A DNA stretch of 64,000 nt from Asterionella formosa (lineage: Eukaryota), in assembly GCA_002256025.1 (NCBI GenBank), contig NKIB01013093.1:1-64000 (forward strand). Direction: 5' to 3'. The position numbers and the translations under genes are program-made. The notes below the pieces were generated by a model. It saw only the letters and a list, made by a program, of their open reading frames with translations. It ran no database searches and was not told the origin of the DNA. Positions 12,132-24,012 of the stretch are shown piece after piece; the stretch's first letter is position 1, and each line of letters starts with the position of its first letter.

Positions 12132-13923
12132 TATAATTAGAGGGGGGAGTAGCTACCGTTCCTTATTTTCCCTCCCTCCTCACTGTGAAGTTATGATCAC
12201 GGGTACTATTCTCCCTGTTGGGACAAGAGCTTAATTCGTGAAAAAAAGGATATTGTGGGGAGCCCGGAGCGTAGTCTTTTACTTTTATCACATTAAGGAT
12301 AAATAATCTCTGTGAAGACAATTGGTTCACAGCCTAAATAGACTGGTGCGATGCAGGAATGTATGGTGTGAAACAGCTAGAAAGTCATTGTCCTTCAAAA
12401 AGAGTTCCGGAATTTATAAATGCGTGCATTGCGGTTGTTTTGCTTGAAAGAATGGTCTGATATGCCGGTATGTACCGGTAGTCTACCGTAGTTCTATCTT
12501 CTATCATACATAATTTCATAATCTAAATATGTGTATTGTACTGTGCCAAACAGAAGAAGAAAAAAGGATATATGATAACAATCCATCCGTACAGCGTCCT
12601 TCGCTATGTTTTATTTATATGCCACCGGTATGGGTACATAAATAGCTCTATGTAGGATGATTAGCTGCACTGTCTTCTTCTTTGGTCGGCATGACGATCA
12701 TGATACAAAAATACTCATGGTCACTTCCGTTACGTATTACTGTAACGAACTGTACCCGGAGTCTACTTACTACTGGCAATGAACTGATTTCGCTCGCACA
12801 GGACATGATTTCCCAGCTACCTGGTACCTGGTACCGTATTCAACGGATGGCCAACGACCAGCAAAGGGCGGAGAAAGCGGGGCTTCTATATACCGGTACC
12901 GGTACCTGATCCCGTTCGTAACACAGTTCGTAGCTAATAATCCTGTTACTTTACCATGTACCATGGAGGTATGTTATGAGTGTAGCATGAACATACCGGT
13001 AGATGAAGCTACGTATCCATAGCTACGTCGTACTACCAGTACCGGCAGTGCATTCTATCCTGCGATGAGCAGATTCGAAGAATCTCTAAAATTTGTTTGC
13101 TTCTTGGCTGAGAACGAAGTTACAGCGAGCACGGTCATTAAGCGTTACAAGCGTTAACAGCCGTCGTAGCCGATGTAGAAAAGCAACGCGATGATGAGAA
13201 CACCAAACGAGGCGAACACCATCGAGAAGCAAAGAAGTGCCCTGGTAGTTTGTACGACAGGAACAGATGCTTCCAATTACGGTGACTCCGTGCCTGAGTT
13301 TGCACAACTTTTCTATTAGCTTATGTACGGTTGCGTACCAAATTGATGCTATGAAAGTAACCCATCGTTGTGTTATTACCACAAGTGAACGATAAGTGCT
13401 TTCATTACCACACCCTACTTGTTAACTTTCCTGGTACTGTAAGTGGTCGTATGTATGAACATGGTACATCATCGGGTGTATGTATCGTTGCTATTGCTGG
13501 AGAGAGAGGCAACGGAGATGGCTGAGACGCAAGGGGAGGAAAGATGGAAGCCAAAGTTCTCTCGTTGGATGGATCATTGAGGCTGTGAATTTGAGAAGCC
13601 CATGGGGCCAGTACCACTGCTCGCGTCGCCTGCGGCTTCCCGTACTGACCATGTCCGGCCCGTGGTGGCGGCCCTGTGGAGCTTGTAAGCTCGGCAGTCG
13701 TCGTTGTCATGGAAGCGGAGGGACCACTGGGCAGGTTGGTCTTGATATGATCGTCGTAATGCAGGAGAGCAGCTGCGAATTCCTCGCGAAAGAGCGCGTG
13801 ATTGCCGCCCGAACGATGTGACTTGGTTCGCTCACCTCACTTGGCCCTTTCTTTGCACTTTATTCGACCCTCAGCTCGCCCCAGGCTACTACTCCTTTCC
13901 ATCATACCAATCAGACGACTATC

Positions 13924-15020
13924 ATGGTGAAGAAAGCTCCCAGAGACCCTAACGTAAGTTTCCAGTCCAGCACCTGATTATCGCATCAGGCCGTTCACTC
14001 TGCTGACAACCTTTTAATCTAAACACCCCCGTGTCGCATTAGGCTCCAAAGCGCAACATGTCTGCCTACCTCTTGTATCAAAACGCCATGAGGGAGACTT
14101 TCAAAGTGCAAAACCCAGGCATGACCTTTGGACAGCTTGCCAAGTACACGTCGGCTATGTACGCAGAACTCTCCCCGGAGGAAAAGGAAGCCTGGGTGGC
14201 CCGTGCCGAAGCTGACAAGGCCCGCTACCTGCAAGAGCTTGCCAACTACGTACCCCCTCCCGGTTACGACGCCAAGGGTGACGCTGTCATGACCTTTACC
14301 ACTGGCAAAGGCGCTCGCCGTGGAAAGCTCGAGCGAGACACCAACGCACCCAAACGCAACATGTCTGCGTACCTTTTGTATCAGAATGCGATGCGCGAGC
14401 AATTCCGCCGCGAGAATCCCGGAATGACCTTTGGACAGCTCGCCAAGTACACGTCGGCCATGTACAAGTGTTTGACGCCCGAAGAGAAGGCTGCTTGGGA
14501 ATCTAGAGCTGCTCAAGACAAGGCCCGATTTGACGCTGAAATGGCGTCCTATGTTCCTCCTCCTGGCCATGACGCCCAAGGAAACCTTATTGAAGACCAC
14601 CGTGTCCACACGAAGCGCATCAAAAAAGTCAAGGACCCTGCCGCCCCAAAGCGCGCTCGTGGCTCATTTGTGTTTTTTACTTTTGATATGCGTCCTCAAA
14701 TCATGAAGGAGTACCCTGGCATCAAGTTTGTTGAACTTGGAACGATCATGGGTGAGCGCTGGAGAGCCCTAACTGCGGAAGAAAAGAAGAAATACGAGGA
14801 CATGGCTTCCGGAGATAAGATTCGTTTCAATGAAGAAATGCAAAAGTTTATGGCCCAAAAGGCCTCGGCCCACCCCCCTGCGGTGGCAGCTCCACCCTTA
14901 TCCCAGACACAATACCTTCAGCATGACATGTACGGCCTCCAGGATGCAACCATGCCACATCATTATGCGGATCCTTCGTACACTACACATTACGAGCAGC
15001 ATTACCAACAGCATTACTGA
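13924..15020 (+). CDS. Triple HMG-box protein, about 335 aa; exons 13924-13953 and 14043-15020
   Basis: MVKKAPRDPN|gtaagt...ttag|APKRNMSAYLLY gives three HMG boxes (two near-identical APKRNMSAY boxes plus APKRARGSFVFF) and a His/Tyr/Gln-rich tail. Confidence 0.92.
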
Positions 15021-15275
15021 ACTAAGCAAGTCGAAATCAGAGGTAACTCGACTTTGAGTGGGGTTGCTGGTGCAGCCTTATATGTTACTTTTGAATCTAT
15101 TGTGGTGGAGGGGTGATGTCCACCAACTTTTAATATTTATAGTCCAATGTCGAACCTAATTTTTTATTGGTTTGCATAAACTAATTGGTTTTATTTACAA
15201 CATGGTAGGTAAACCCATAGTGTAGATAGAAAAGGTGTTGTTCAAAAATTAATTTAACTGATCACAATTTATTGC

Positions 15276-17681
15276 TCATGACTCCTCCATTGTTTGTGTC
15301 TCAATCTCGACAGGTGGTACTGGAATCGCTTGCATGGCAAGAAACTTTTGCCCGGAGAAAGAAAGGCCCAAGAAACTCAACAGCCAACAAGCAGCGATAA
15401 TATTGGTCTGAGCCTTCACGACCTGAGACACTGTTTTGCCCTCCATACCGAACCGAGCAAGAGCATCTTGGCCAGTCTTGGCCAGTGGACCTCGCCTGGG
15501 TCCAGATGTGTCAAAACGTAATCCATCAAACTCATTAAGGGCCAGTCCTTCAAATCCCCATCGAACCAAGCCAATCTTTGGAATCCATCGCAAAAGACGA
15601 GGTGTGTTTTCTTCACTGATATTCTTACCATCGAAAATAATGTTCAAAACAATAGCAACTGGGAATAGAGCAAGAGCAACATCTGATGATGGTGACACAG
15701 CTCCAATCATGAGCCCACCAGCTTCCGAGGCCACGGCATGCAACGAAATCAGACCCAAAAAGGTTTGGAACTTTCCTTTTGCTCGCTGAAGACCTGTCAA
15801 AGCATAGACAATGGTTCCAAAGATTGTTGTGAGTGCTCCAATAAGCGGGATCTCTGCAATTGCTTTCGCCAAAAAATATGGTAGTGTCCTATATAGCTTG
15901 TTTGCGATTTCACTTGTAACAATCGCCTTTTCTTTTGGAAACGCTCTGATTGTGCTTGCTGTTCCCATGTTCATTGTACCAATGGCAATAAGAGACAAGA
16001 GTCCAACCCTATCTTGTATGGAGGCCTGATTGTTTCCCAGCTTGTATATACCACCGTAAACGAGACCAACTGTTACTTGCTGAACAATTTTGATGAGAAT
16101 TGTGGTCTTGCCTCGAAAGGCTTCATTGACTGATCTACTCAGCAATAATTTAAATTGCCGAAAAATGTTGGACCTTGGTTTCGATTTGGTGGTAGCATAA
16201 CGTTTGGAGCCATGTTCGAGGTCAAAATGCAGTTCTAACTTCGCAGCAGCAGCATTTTCCGCCAAGATGCAAATACGATCTACAGATGCTTGTTCTGCTT
16301 CGTTTCCTGCGCCGCTGACTTTACTGATGCAATCCAATACGTGTTCTGCTGTTCCTGTCTCCTTTGCTGCCTTAAAACCCAAACCTTCCAAATAGGAACG
16401 TACTTTCGAGACTTCTCCAAAATACATTTGCTTTCCTTCACTTAGCAATAGCAAGTCATCAAACATAGAAAAAGAGTTCTGTGATGGCTGATGTATCACA
16501 GCAATGATAGTTTTGCCAGCATCAGCCAACGTTCGCAACGTCTCCACCACCTGTTGAGCTTGGTACGAATCCAAACCACTCGTCCTTCAAAAAAAGCAAG
16601 GAAAAATGTGAGTGCGTTATTGATGCGGTGATTTGTTCATTATCTATAAATTCGACTTACGGCTCATCTAAGAACAAAATGGACGGTGAATTGATCATTT
16701 CACATGCAATGGTAAGGCGTTTGCGTTCACCGCCCGACAACCCCCGCACTTTATTATCTCCAACAATCGTATCAGCAGATTTCACCAGATTCAGTTCTTC
16801 CATGAGTTTCATGACCATCTGATCTCTTTGTGATTTGGTCAATGTCGAACCCATGTGTAGCTCCACACGAAAGTCCAATGTTTCCCGAACAGTCATATGA
16901 GGGAAAAAGTTAGTTTCTTGTTGAATGTACGCTGCAGGGATCTGACTATCTTCAGAAACAACTTGGCCATTCAAAAACCGTAGGCCCTTGAGTGAAAGTT
17001 TTTTTGAGTATTTAATGGTCCCCGCTAGTGCATCGAGAAGAGTGGACTTGCTGTGCAAGACAATGTTCATTATTTTGGTGGAAGTTGGTTTTTTTTAGTT
17101 GGCGCAATCATCCATGCCCAATATTGCATTCAATGGATCAGCATCAAACTTACCCTGACCCAGATGGCCCCATAATTGCCAAGAGACGCCCTGGGGAGGC
17201 CTTGCCACGGATGGAACCATCCAGAATCATGCGAGATCCTTTCTTTTGCCTCAATTCCAAACTAATCCCAGCAAATGACAACTCAACTTTTCCATCATGG
17301 AGGCTCGTTTCTACCGTGCCATCGTCTTTAACTTTCACATAGTCTATGCCTTCAATTAATTGAAGAAGAAGCACTCGTTAGCTCTTCTCGAATCAGTGAA
17401 ATGAAAAAGGTCATAGTTGATCTGGATCGTTTGGGGTTCACCGCACACTCACCCCGACGAGCAATCTGTGGAATGAGTAGAGCAACAAAGGTCGTGACAC
17501 CTACATAGATCCACCGCTGTTGCTGATCTTGCTCCTTACCTTGTTGCTTGGCAAAGTCTGACTCTTTCTTCTTCCTACTGTCGAGAGTCTTGAGCTTGTT
17601 TCGAAGCGATACAAGCGTTCGTTGTCCTTGGCAATGATCAGCCAGCAGCAACAGCAGAGAAAGGAGGAACAGCTTTGTCAT
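15276..17681 (-). CDS. ABCG (White-type) half-transporter with N-terminal signal/TM extension; exons 17681-17453, 17349-17154, 17050-16661, 16584-15276
   Basis: Three GT-AG introns restore Walker A GPSGSGKST, signature LSGGERKR, Walker B ILFLDEPTSGLD and the H-loop IHQP, followed by an ABC2 membrane domain. Confidence 0.93.
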
Positions 17682-18122
17682 TGTCTCCTATACTATATAG
17701 TTGAAAGACTCTAGAGACGAGAATGTCCCAAGGGGTTCGGATTCCAGGATGAATGTTGAAGTGAAATGTGCGGTCAGTTGTTTGGTATACCGATACTTGA
17801 TAAAATCATACAATGCTCATCGGAGAATGCTGATCACAAAGTAAATACTGCCTAGCACACAGTACCTGGTACCAGGTACCGGTAATATCCAACCATCATG
17901 ATCACAATTATCAGCCGTAAATACAAACGACTACCACAGGCGTATCTTACGATGAATCTAGTCGGAACTAGCAGGTTTCAGGGTACCTACGTACAGGTAT
18001 TCATTCCGTTGTTTTGTGATACGTACGCCCTAAAGCAATAACACGACTCGTAGAACCAATCCTCACAAATTATGTAACAGGCGGTAACAGTACTGTTATA
18101 CTGTGCACTCTGCGTTTCGACA

Positions 18123-18297
18123 ACCAGTACCTGGTACTACCTGGTACCTGGTACCCGGTGTACCGGTACTAGGTACGAGGTACCAGGTACCAGGCACCAG
18201 GTACGGGTACTCGACTGCTTGATTACCGGTACCAGTACCAGGTACCTGCTAGTAAGACGAAGCTTGTGCGAATCAGTCAGAATACCAGTACCGGTAG
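18123..18297. repeat. Largest TACCTGG/TACCAGG/TACCGG array, in the ABCG-CGR1 divergent intergenic region
   Basis: Dense run of TA-separated CCTGG, CCAGG, CCGG and CCAG units. Similar clusters occur near 6700-6835, 12815-12910, 17862-17885, 20636-20685, 23670-23697, 28185-28225, 28565-28597, 38115-38205, 44850-44962, 47700-47777, 58786-58990 and 61690-61818. Confidence 0.9.
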
Positions 18298-18685
18298 TGG
18301 ATATACGGACAGACACATCGTTGTGCTCCAACCAGCCAAAATTCCTTTCTCCTGCTGCGGTTCAGATCCATAAGCTTGAACCTTCTATTTTCTTAGCTGC
18401 TGCTTGGCTGGTCAATTCTTGGGCACTGTTGTTGTTCGTAGTATGACTAATTAATACGCACCAATATGCAAGATGTATTGCTGCATTATCTGTCGATTTG
18501 ATCCTTGAAAAAAATGTACATCTTCATGCATTCTATTATCCTAGCGTGAAACATTGGAACGAGTCTTTCTTGGTCTATTGTAAAGCGAGCGACTATTGTT
18601 GAGAGCCGTAACGCTTTGTACCGTAACACTCCTTACCACAACTTTCAAAGATAAATCAAACCTACGTATACATTTATTTTTCAAC

Positions 18686-19195
18686 ATGACGATCTCTCGA
18701 TCCACCGAAACAAGAAAAGCAGCAGTTCCTCCTGTTGCAGTGGATACACACAAAACAATCCTTCCTGGAGATGTCACTCAACTTGTCACTGCCCCATCGA
18801 CCAAGGGCCGCAACGTTAGTGGCCGCACGTGGAAGGTCAGACCCCAAAAACGAGCGTCAACTCTCATTAAGACTACCACCAACAATCGAGTCAAAACGTG
18901 GGAAACTCGGCAAGGAGAGAAAATAAATAAACAAGAATCCAAGGACCTGCAAACGGACCTGCGCGAGGAGCGAAGGCAAGGGAAAATTGCAAAGAGGGAA
19001 CGAAAATTGGAGAATGAAAAGCGACGAGCGGAGAATGAATATAAGAATGCTCAAAAGTCAGTGCAGACACTGAATTACAACAAGGTGGGATCAACAATGA
19101 AGGCCATGTCCAAGAAGCAGTTGAGACAAATCAAGAAGACAAGGATGAACACGAAGACTGGGGTAATTGAGTATGTTTCAGCATTTGCGAAGTAA
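18686..19195 (+). CDS. CGR1: rRNA-processing protein Cgr1/CCDC86-like
   Basis: ATG at 18686. GRNVSGRTWK motif, basic coiled coil ENEKRRAENE and C-terminal MSKKQLRQIKK, characteristic of the Cgr1 family. Confidence 0.85.
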   Translation: MTISRSTETRKAAVPPVAVDTHKTILPGDVTQLVTAPSTKGRNVSGRTWKVRPQKRASTLIKTTTNNRVKTWETRQGEKINKQESKDLQTDLREERRQGKIAKRERKLENEKRRAENEYKNAQKSVQTLNYNKVGSTMKAMSKKQLRQIKKTRMNTKTGVIEYVSAFAK

Positions 19196-20410
19196 AATTA
19201 TAATGTCATGAAGGTCAGGCCGTTCATAGCAGACTAGGGGCAACTACCTGGTACTGCAATAATTACAGTCCTTATTCAAATATTAAGGCGACTCTGTTCT
19301 AGCATAAATCATCGGGCTAGGAAGAAAATACTGATAGCATACATACATGTATAGATTTCTCATTTGTTTGCACTATGAAGCAATATACCGGCATGTCGAT
19401 GACATCATAGTCCAAGAATCTATACAAAAAGGGACAACCGGAGTATTGGTGGCAACCTGTACTGGCAGCCTAATTGGCTGTTCATGTGATGCATATAATA
19501 CCAGTACACATGCAACCTTTTGTGCTTCAAACGTTCGTTGCTAAAGTAAAAAAGGCCAATTGAAAGTCATTGTTAAAAGAATCCTAATTACCGTAGTCTC
19601 CTGCGCTGTGAATCACCACGCTCTGTCGTGAATCCCAGAAAATGGGATTCCAATATTCCTTTATATCCAAATACATATTCTCACAGTAAATTTCCAACAG
19701 TAACAAGTGACAACAAGCATACTGGATATTGAAACACAACTTTGTCCACCAGAATGTCACTCAAGTTTTCCTTTTTTGCACCTCTCTTTCTTGCGGATAC
19801 AGCTATAACGATAATACAAGGAATGGGTTGGTTTGCAAGAAAACTGGTGTAATTAAAGTCCAAGAAACATCATTCAAGGTGGATATTGGCAATCCGACAA
19901 GGATCCAAGACAATCAGCGACAATTTCAGTTTCAAGCAATGCTACAATCAACTGAGCAACAGGGAAAGGGGAAGCAACAAATGGGTAGTTCAATGAACAG
20001 GCGTAGTAATGCAGGTGTGGAAATTGCGATTCAAAAATTGATTCTTGTTCGTACTAGATCAATTTTTCTATATGCTATTGCAAGCAAATCACCAAGCAAA
20101 AAATGAACGGCATGGAACAGGGAGTTTCCTACTATGAATTCTCATGATTCGAGTGTCCATTTGAATATAAATAGCTTCATAGCACCTTTTTTGGGATAGT
20201 TACGATTCTTAGGGGGATAACTGCCACTTCTCCCCAGAAATGAGGTCCTTAACATATATCTGAATATAGATCATACCCAGAAGTCGAGCATATGCAAAGT
20301 GATGGTATTGATGAAAGCTATTTTTCCTTTAACTTTTTTATTTGGATCTACGTACTGTGTAGATTGAAGTCTATCATAAAAATAATTTGGAAAAAAAGAC
20401 CTCGCGATGA

Positions 20411-20499
20411 GTAACTGCGGGGCCGCAACCTTAAATAAACAATTTAATATCGAATAAAGGGAGCCAATTATTTCGTTTCAGCAAAATTACCGCAACTTG
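20411..20499 (+). mobile_element. About 88-bp MITE-like element, copy A (left TIR degenerate)
   Basis: Shares TTAAATAAACAATTTAATAT and the terminal CAGCAAAATTACCGCAACTTG with the copies at 40070-40156 and, inverted, 28443-28529. Confidence 0.75.
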
Positions 20500-20846
20500 C
20501 CTGGTACACAATGTATCTAGATTTTTTTTATTTTATATTGATTCATGAATAGACTCAAAAGATCATGACTGGGCTGATTTGGAGAGGATTCAAACAAGAT
20601 TGATTAATTTGACTTATCTGTTTCAACTGCGGGGGTGTACCGGTACGCAACACCGCTAGTGCATCAGCCTACCAGGTACCGGTACGCGCACCGCAAGAAT
20701 CCAGCAGTGCGTTTTGTTTGCGCGAACTCCCCGTCATTTTTTTTCCGTTACGACGGTCACAAAGAGCGATTATATTATTTTGTGCTCCCCTCTCCTCCAA
20801 CATTGTTCAACATCGATGAATTGTTCAGTACTTACCGAATGAATCC

Positions 20847-22063
20847 ATGCCAAAGTTAATTTCAAACTTGGCAAATGAAGCGCTCTGGGACAGCGACGGC
20901 TTGATTGGATACACCAGTGGCCATTCGTCCACCCGACTGCTTTCAATCACCGGGAACACAAGCGTCGCGACACAAGACGAAGGAGACGAATCACCGAAAA
21001 GGGAAGACATGACAGCAAGTGCCAATCAGAATACAGCGAGGAAGTTTTCAATTTTCGGAAGAAAACAAGAAAGTGACACAAACGACAACGACCAACTTGT
21101 TTCGCCTACACCAAATGTTTATAGGAACGCGAAAGCGGCACTATCCACAATTGACAATCGAAATCAATTGGATGGAGCTCCATTGTTGATTCGTCAACAG
21201 GCGGTTGTTTTTAATCGACCCAGTTCAAGCCAAGGTATTTCTGACATTCAAAGTTTAGATAATGACGACGAATCGGAAACAACACCGCATCATGTACGAC
21301 ACATTTCACCGGGGAACATCGTGCGTCTTTTAAGTGCCTTAACAATAGATAGTGGCATTAATATTGGGGTTCCTGAATACCAGGGAGGGCTTATAGCTCC
21401 TCTATTCACCGAGGTCGAAGAAGGAAGCGACGAGATAAATTTAAGTGAATCATTTTTCGTTGCTAAGGAACCATCAGGAATGCACGACCCACCGCTTTCA
21501 GACATTGCCTTTCGACCCCCAGCGTCAAATTCGAAACTACCACCAATGTCAGTGATGCATGTCATGGCTGGAATGATCGTTCAACCCCAATTCCGAAGAT
21601 ATCAAAAATCTCCATCGCTATCAACTCCTCTGTCATCACCTGAAGCGTCGCTGCAGCAGCAGCACAAATCCCAGTCCGCCAGGACGGTGCAGTCGACACC
21701 CCAAAATTCCTCAAGTTGCAAAAGGGAGAGCGTACCACAATCACCTGATGTAGCACTCAAAAAGTCAAATGTCACTTTTCCCAAAATAAACAAATATAAT
21801 AAATTCGGTGCTGATTCCCCTCGTCGTCGACCACCGAGTAACCGGCCTGGTCAAGAAGAAAAAGTCATGATACCATCAATCGAATCATTGACTCCCCCGA
21901 AACGTAACGCAACAACCACCTCCTTTCATTGTAAGTTGGAACATAATACATGCTCTATACCAGACATTTAATGCTGAACTTCAATACAACATCTGAAGTG
22001 AGGCAACAAAGCTAACATACACGATAAATTGAATTGACAGTTAACCTAACAACTCGTTATTGA
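20847..22063 (+). CDS. Ser/Pro-rich, probably disordered protein of unknown function; likely intron 21931-22040
   Basis: 374-codon ORF. A GTAAGT donor at 21931, GCTAAC branch and GACAG acceptor at 22040 give the in-frame end ...TSFH-F-NLTTRY*. The unspliced stop would be 21971. Confidence 0.65.
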
Positions 22064-22122
22064 TACAATGACTCTTTTTATATGCCTTCGCTTTGAGGTT
22101 GCACAGCACATCCTTGTTTTTT

Positions 22123-23532
22123 TTAAGACGCCGGTTTCTGAGCGATGTGGTCTCGGATCCATTCACAGCAAAAGTTCATGGCTTGCTCTCCCTCTGGGGC
22201 AAACCCAGCTAGAAAGCACCACACATGACACATGTACTTCCACAGTCCCACAGTCACGGTAACACCATGCGCCCTTGCGGCATTGACCAGTATCAGTGTT
22301 TGATCGTACACAACTTCATGTTCACTGACCAAGACGCACAAGGGGGGCAAGTTAAAAAAATCTCGATAACAGGGCGATGCTTGTCGGCGCACTTGAGGAT
22401 CAGTGCCCAAAGCATGTTCAAAATAGGGCAGTCCCACTTCCAAGACCGATTGATTGACAATCAAATCATGTTTTTGGTACTCGAGAAAGGATCCTCCTTC
22501 GATCGGTGCGGTGTAGTCGACAAACGGACAAACGAGGACAGCTCCACTAGGCATCATTGTGGAGTCGAGAATGCTTGCCATGTAGGGCGGAGACACCGGC
22601 AGATTTCGTTGAATTTCCGAAACGTATTGCATCAATCTCGTCGTCAATCCAGCTCCACTTGAAATTCCCAGGATGACAATATCGGACGGTTTAACCTTTC
22701 TTACTCTAACAAGGTAACAATAGGCTAAGTTGACGTCCCAAAACATATCATCCACTGCATGCTCTGGGAGTAGCCGATACTGAGGAACAAACACATCCAT
22801 CCCACATTTCCTCCCTGTTTGCTCAGCGGGAGATATATTCCCAAGTGCATCTCCCGATAGGTAGGCGCCTCCATAATTCCAGAGGAGTACTTTCCTCGTC
22901 GTCCTAGGTCCCGAATGAATGAAATATCCTTTCACTAAATGTGGTTGCTCCGCGACTTGCCCGTCAATGGCATCGCTCATGGTGTAGGAAATTTCCTCGA
23001 CCCGACTGCCAATGTCATTGTTCGTCCAGACACTGAGTTGTGCCAATGCAAATCTCATGCGCTCTATAGTTACGGGGAACAGTCTTCCCCACCACATGAG
23101 CGTCGTGAGGGCATGATATTCTTCTGACTGCGCAGGATGAATGCCAGTGGTTCTTCCTAGAATGATCTTGTGAAGAGGCAAGTACAGGGCCCACCCTCCG
23201 AAGCAAATCGCCTTGCGCGTCGAGATGGGTAGATAATTCCAAAAGCGAAAGAGCAGTGTTTCGTACCAGCTGATACATAGGAGATTGAACAGAGCCACAC
23301 AGCTTCGCAGCGTAGGGTTTTCAACTGGAATGGGCAAGCCGAGGTTCAGTTGGAGCGTTTCGTTGACTTGAGTCGGCGTGATGCCAGGAGGAGATGCGGG
23401 GTTCAAAAACGCATCTTTGGAAGTGCACTTGACGTGCGTAATTCCATTTCGCTCGATAATGACAGTCGCCTCGTGCTGACCTTGGCTTTCAGCGGTGGCG
23501 CTCGGCTCGATTACTTCAGGACGAGGGGTCAT
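22123..23532 (-). CDS. Alpha/beta hydrolase, hormone-sensitive-lipase (Abhydrolase_3) family
   Basis: 469 aa. Oxyanion motif YGGAY, YRLLPEH, nucleophile elbow GISSG, SP...LPPL and catalytic His in MCHVW. Confidence 0.88.
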   Translation of the reverse strand: MTPRPEVIEPSATAESQGQHEATVIIERNGITHVKCTSKDAFLNPASPPGITPTQVNETLQLNLGLPIPVENPTLRSCVALFNLLCISWYETLLFRFWNYLPISTRKAICFGGWALYLPLHKIILGRTTGIHPAQSEEYHALTTLMWWGRLFPVTIERMRFALAQLSVWTNNDIGSRVEEISYTMSDAIDGQVAEQPHLVKGYFIHSGPRTTRKVLLWNYGGAYLSGDALGNISPAEQTGRKCGMDVFVPQYRLLPEHAVDDMFWDVNLAYCYLVRVRKVKPSDIVILGISSGAGLTTRLMQYVSEIQRNLPVSPPYMASILDSTMMPSGAVLVCPFVDYTAPIEGGSFLEYQKHDLIVNQSVLEVGLPYFEHALGTDPQVRRQASPCYRDFFNLPPLCVLVSEHEVVYDQTLILVNAARAHGVTVTVGLWKYMCHVWCFLAGFAPEGEQAMNFCCEWIRDHIAQKPAS

Positions 23533-24012
23533 CGTTCTGATTTGCCTGTTGGCTACGGAGAAATGAATATATATAAGTACCGGTAGAATAGGAAAGCATT
23601 GGTATGAGATTATATTTGGGAGTTGGAGGGTTGTGTATAGCAGCCACTAAAAACCTATGATACATACTGGGTACCTGGTACTACCAGGTACCGGTAGTCC
23701 AGCTGTATCACTGATTCAAGGCATGCGTCGCTCGAGCAAAACATACATAGGAAATATATCGTATGTACGGGGAGTAGTCTACTTATTTAGTTCGAACCTC
23801 ACTGGTATACCGTTTCTACTGTCGTAGATAAGAAAATACCGGTAAATATGCTTTTAGAAACCCGGACACACACCGCCTGCTTCCACGGACTCGGGCTCGT
23901 TCCCGCCATCCTAAAAACTAGAGTACTGGTAGCCATTATCGCTGCATTAGCTATCATGGTCGTCGCGGAAGGAGGTAGAATATCATCGACAAGGACGACG
24001 ACTTCTTTCATC

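Noticed and set aside
18137..18446. ORFs rich in VPGTRYQ/YLVP (also 6776-7063, 28061-28306, 61502-61909)
   Set aside because: They are translations of the stop-poor TACCTGG arrays, not plausible proteins.
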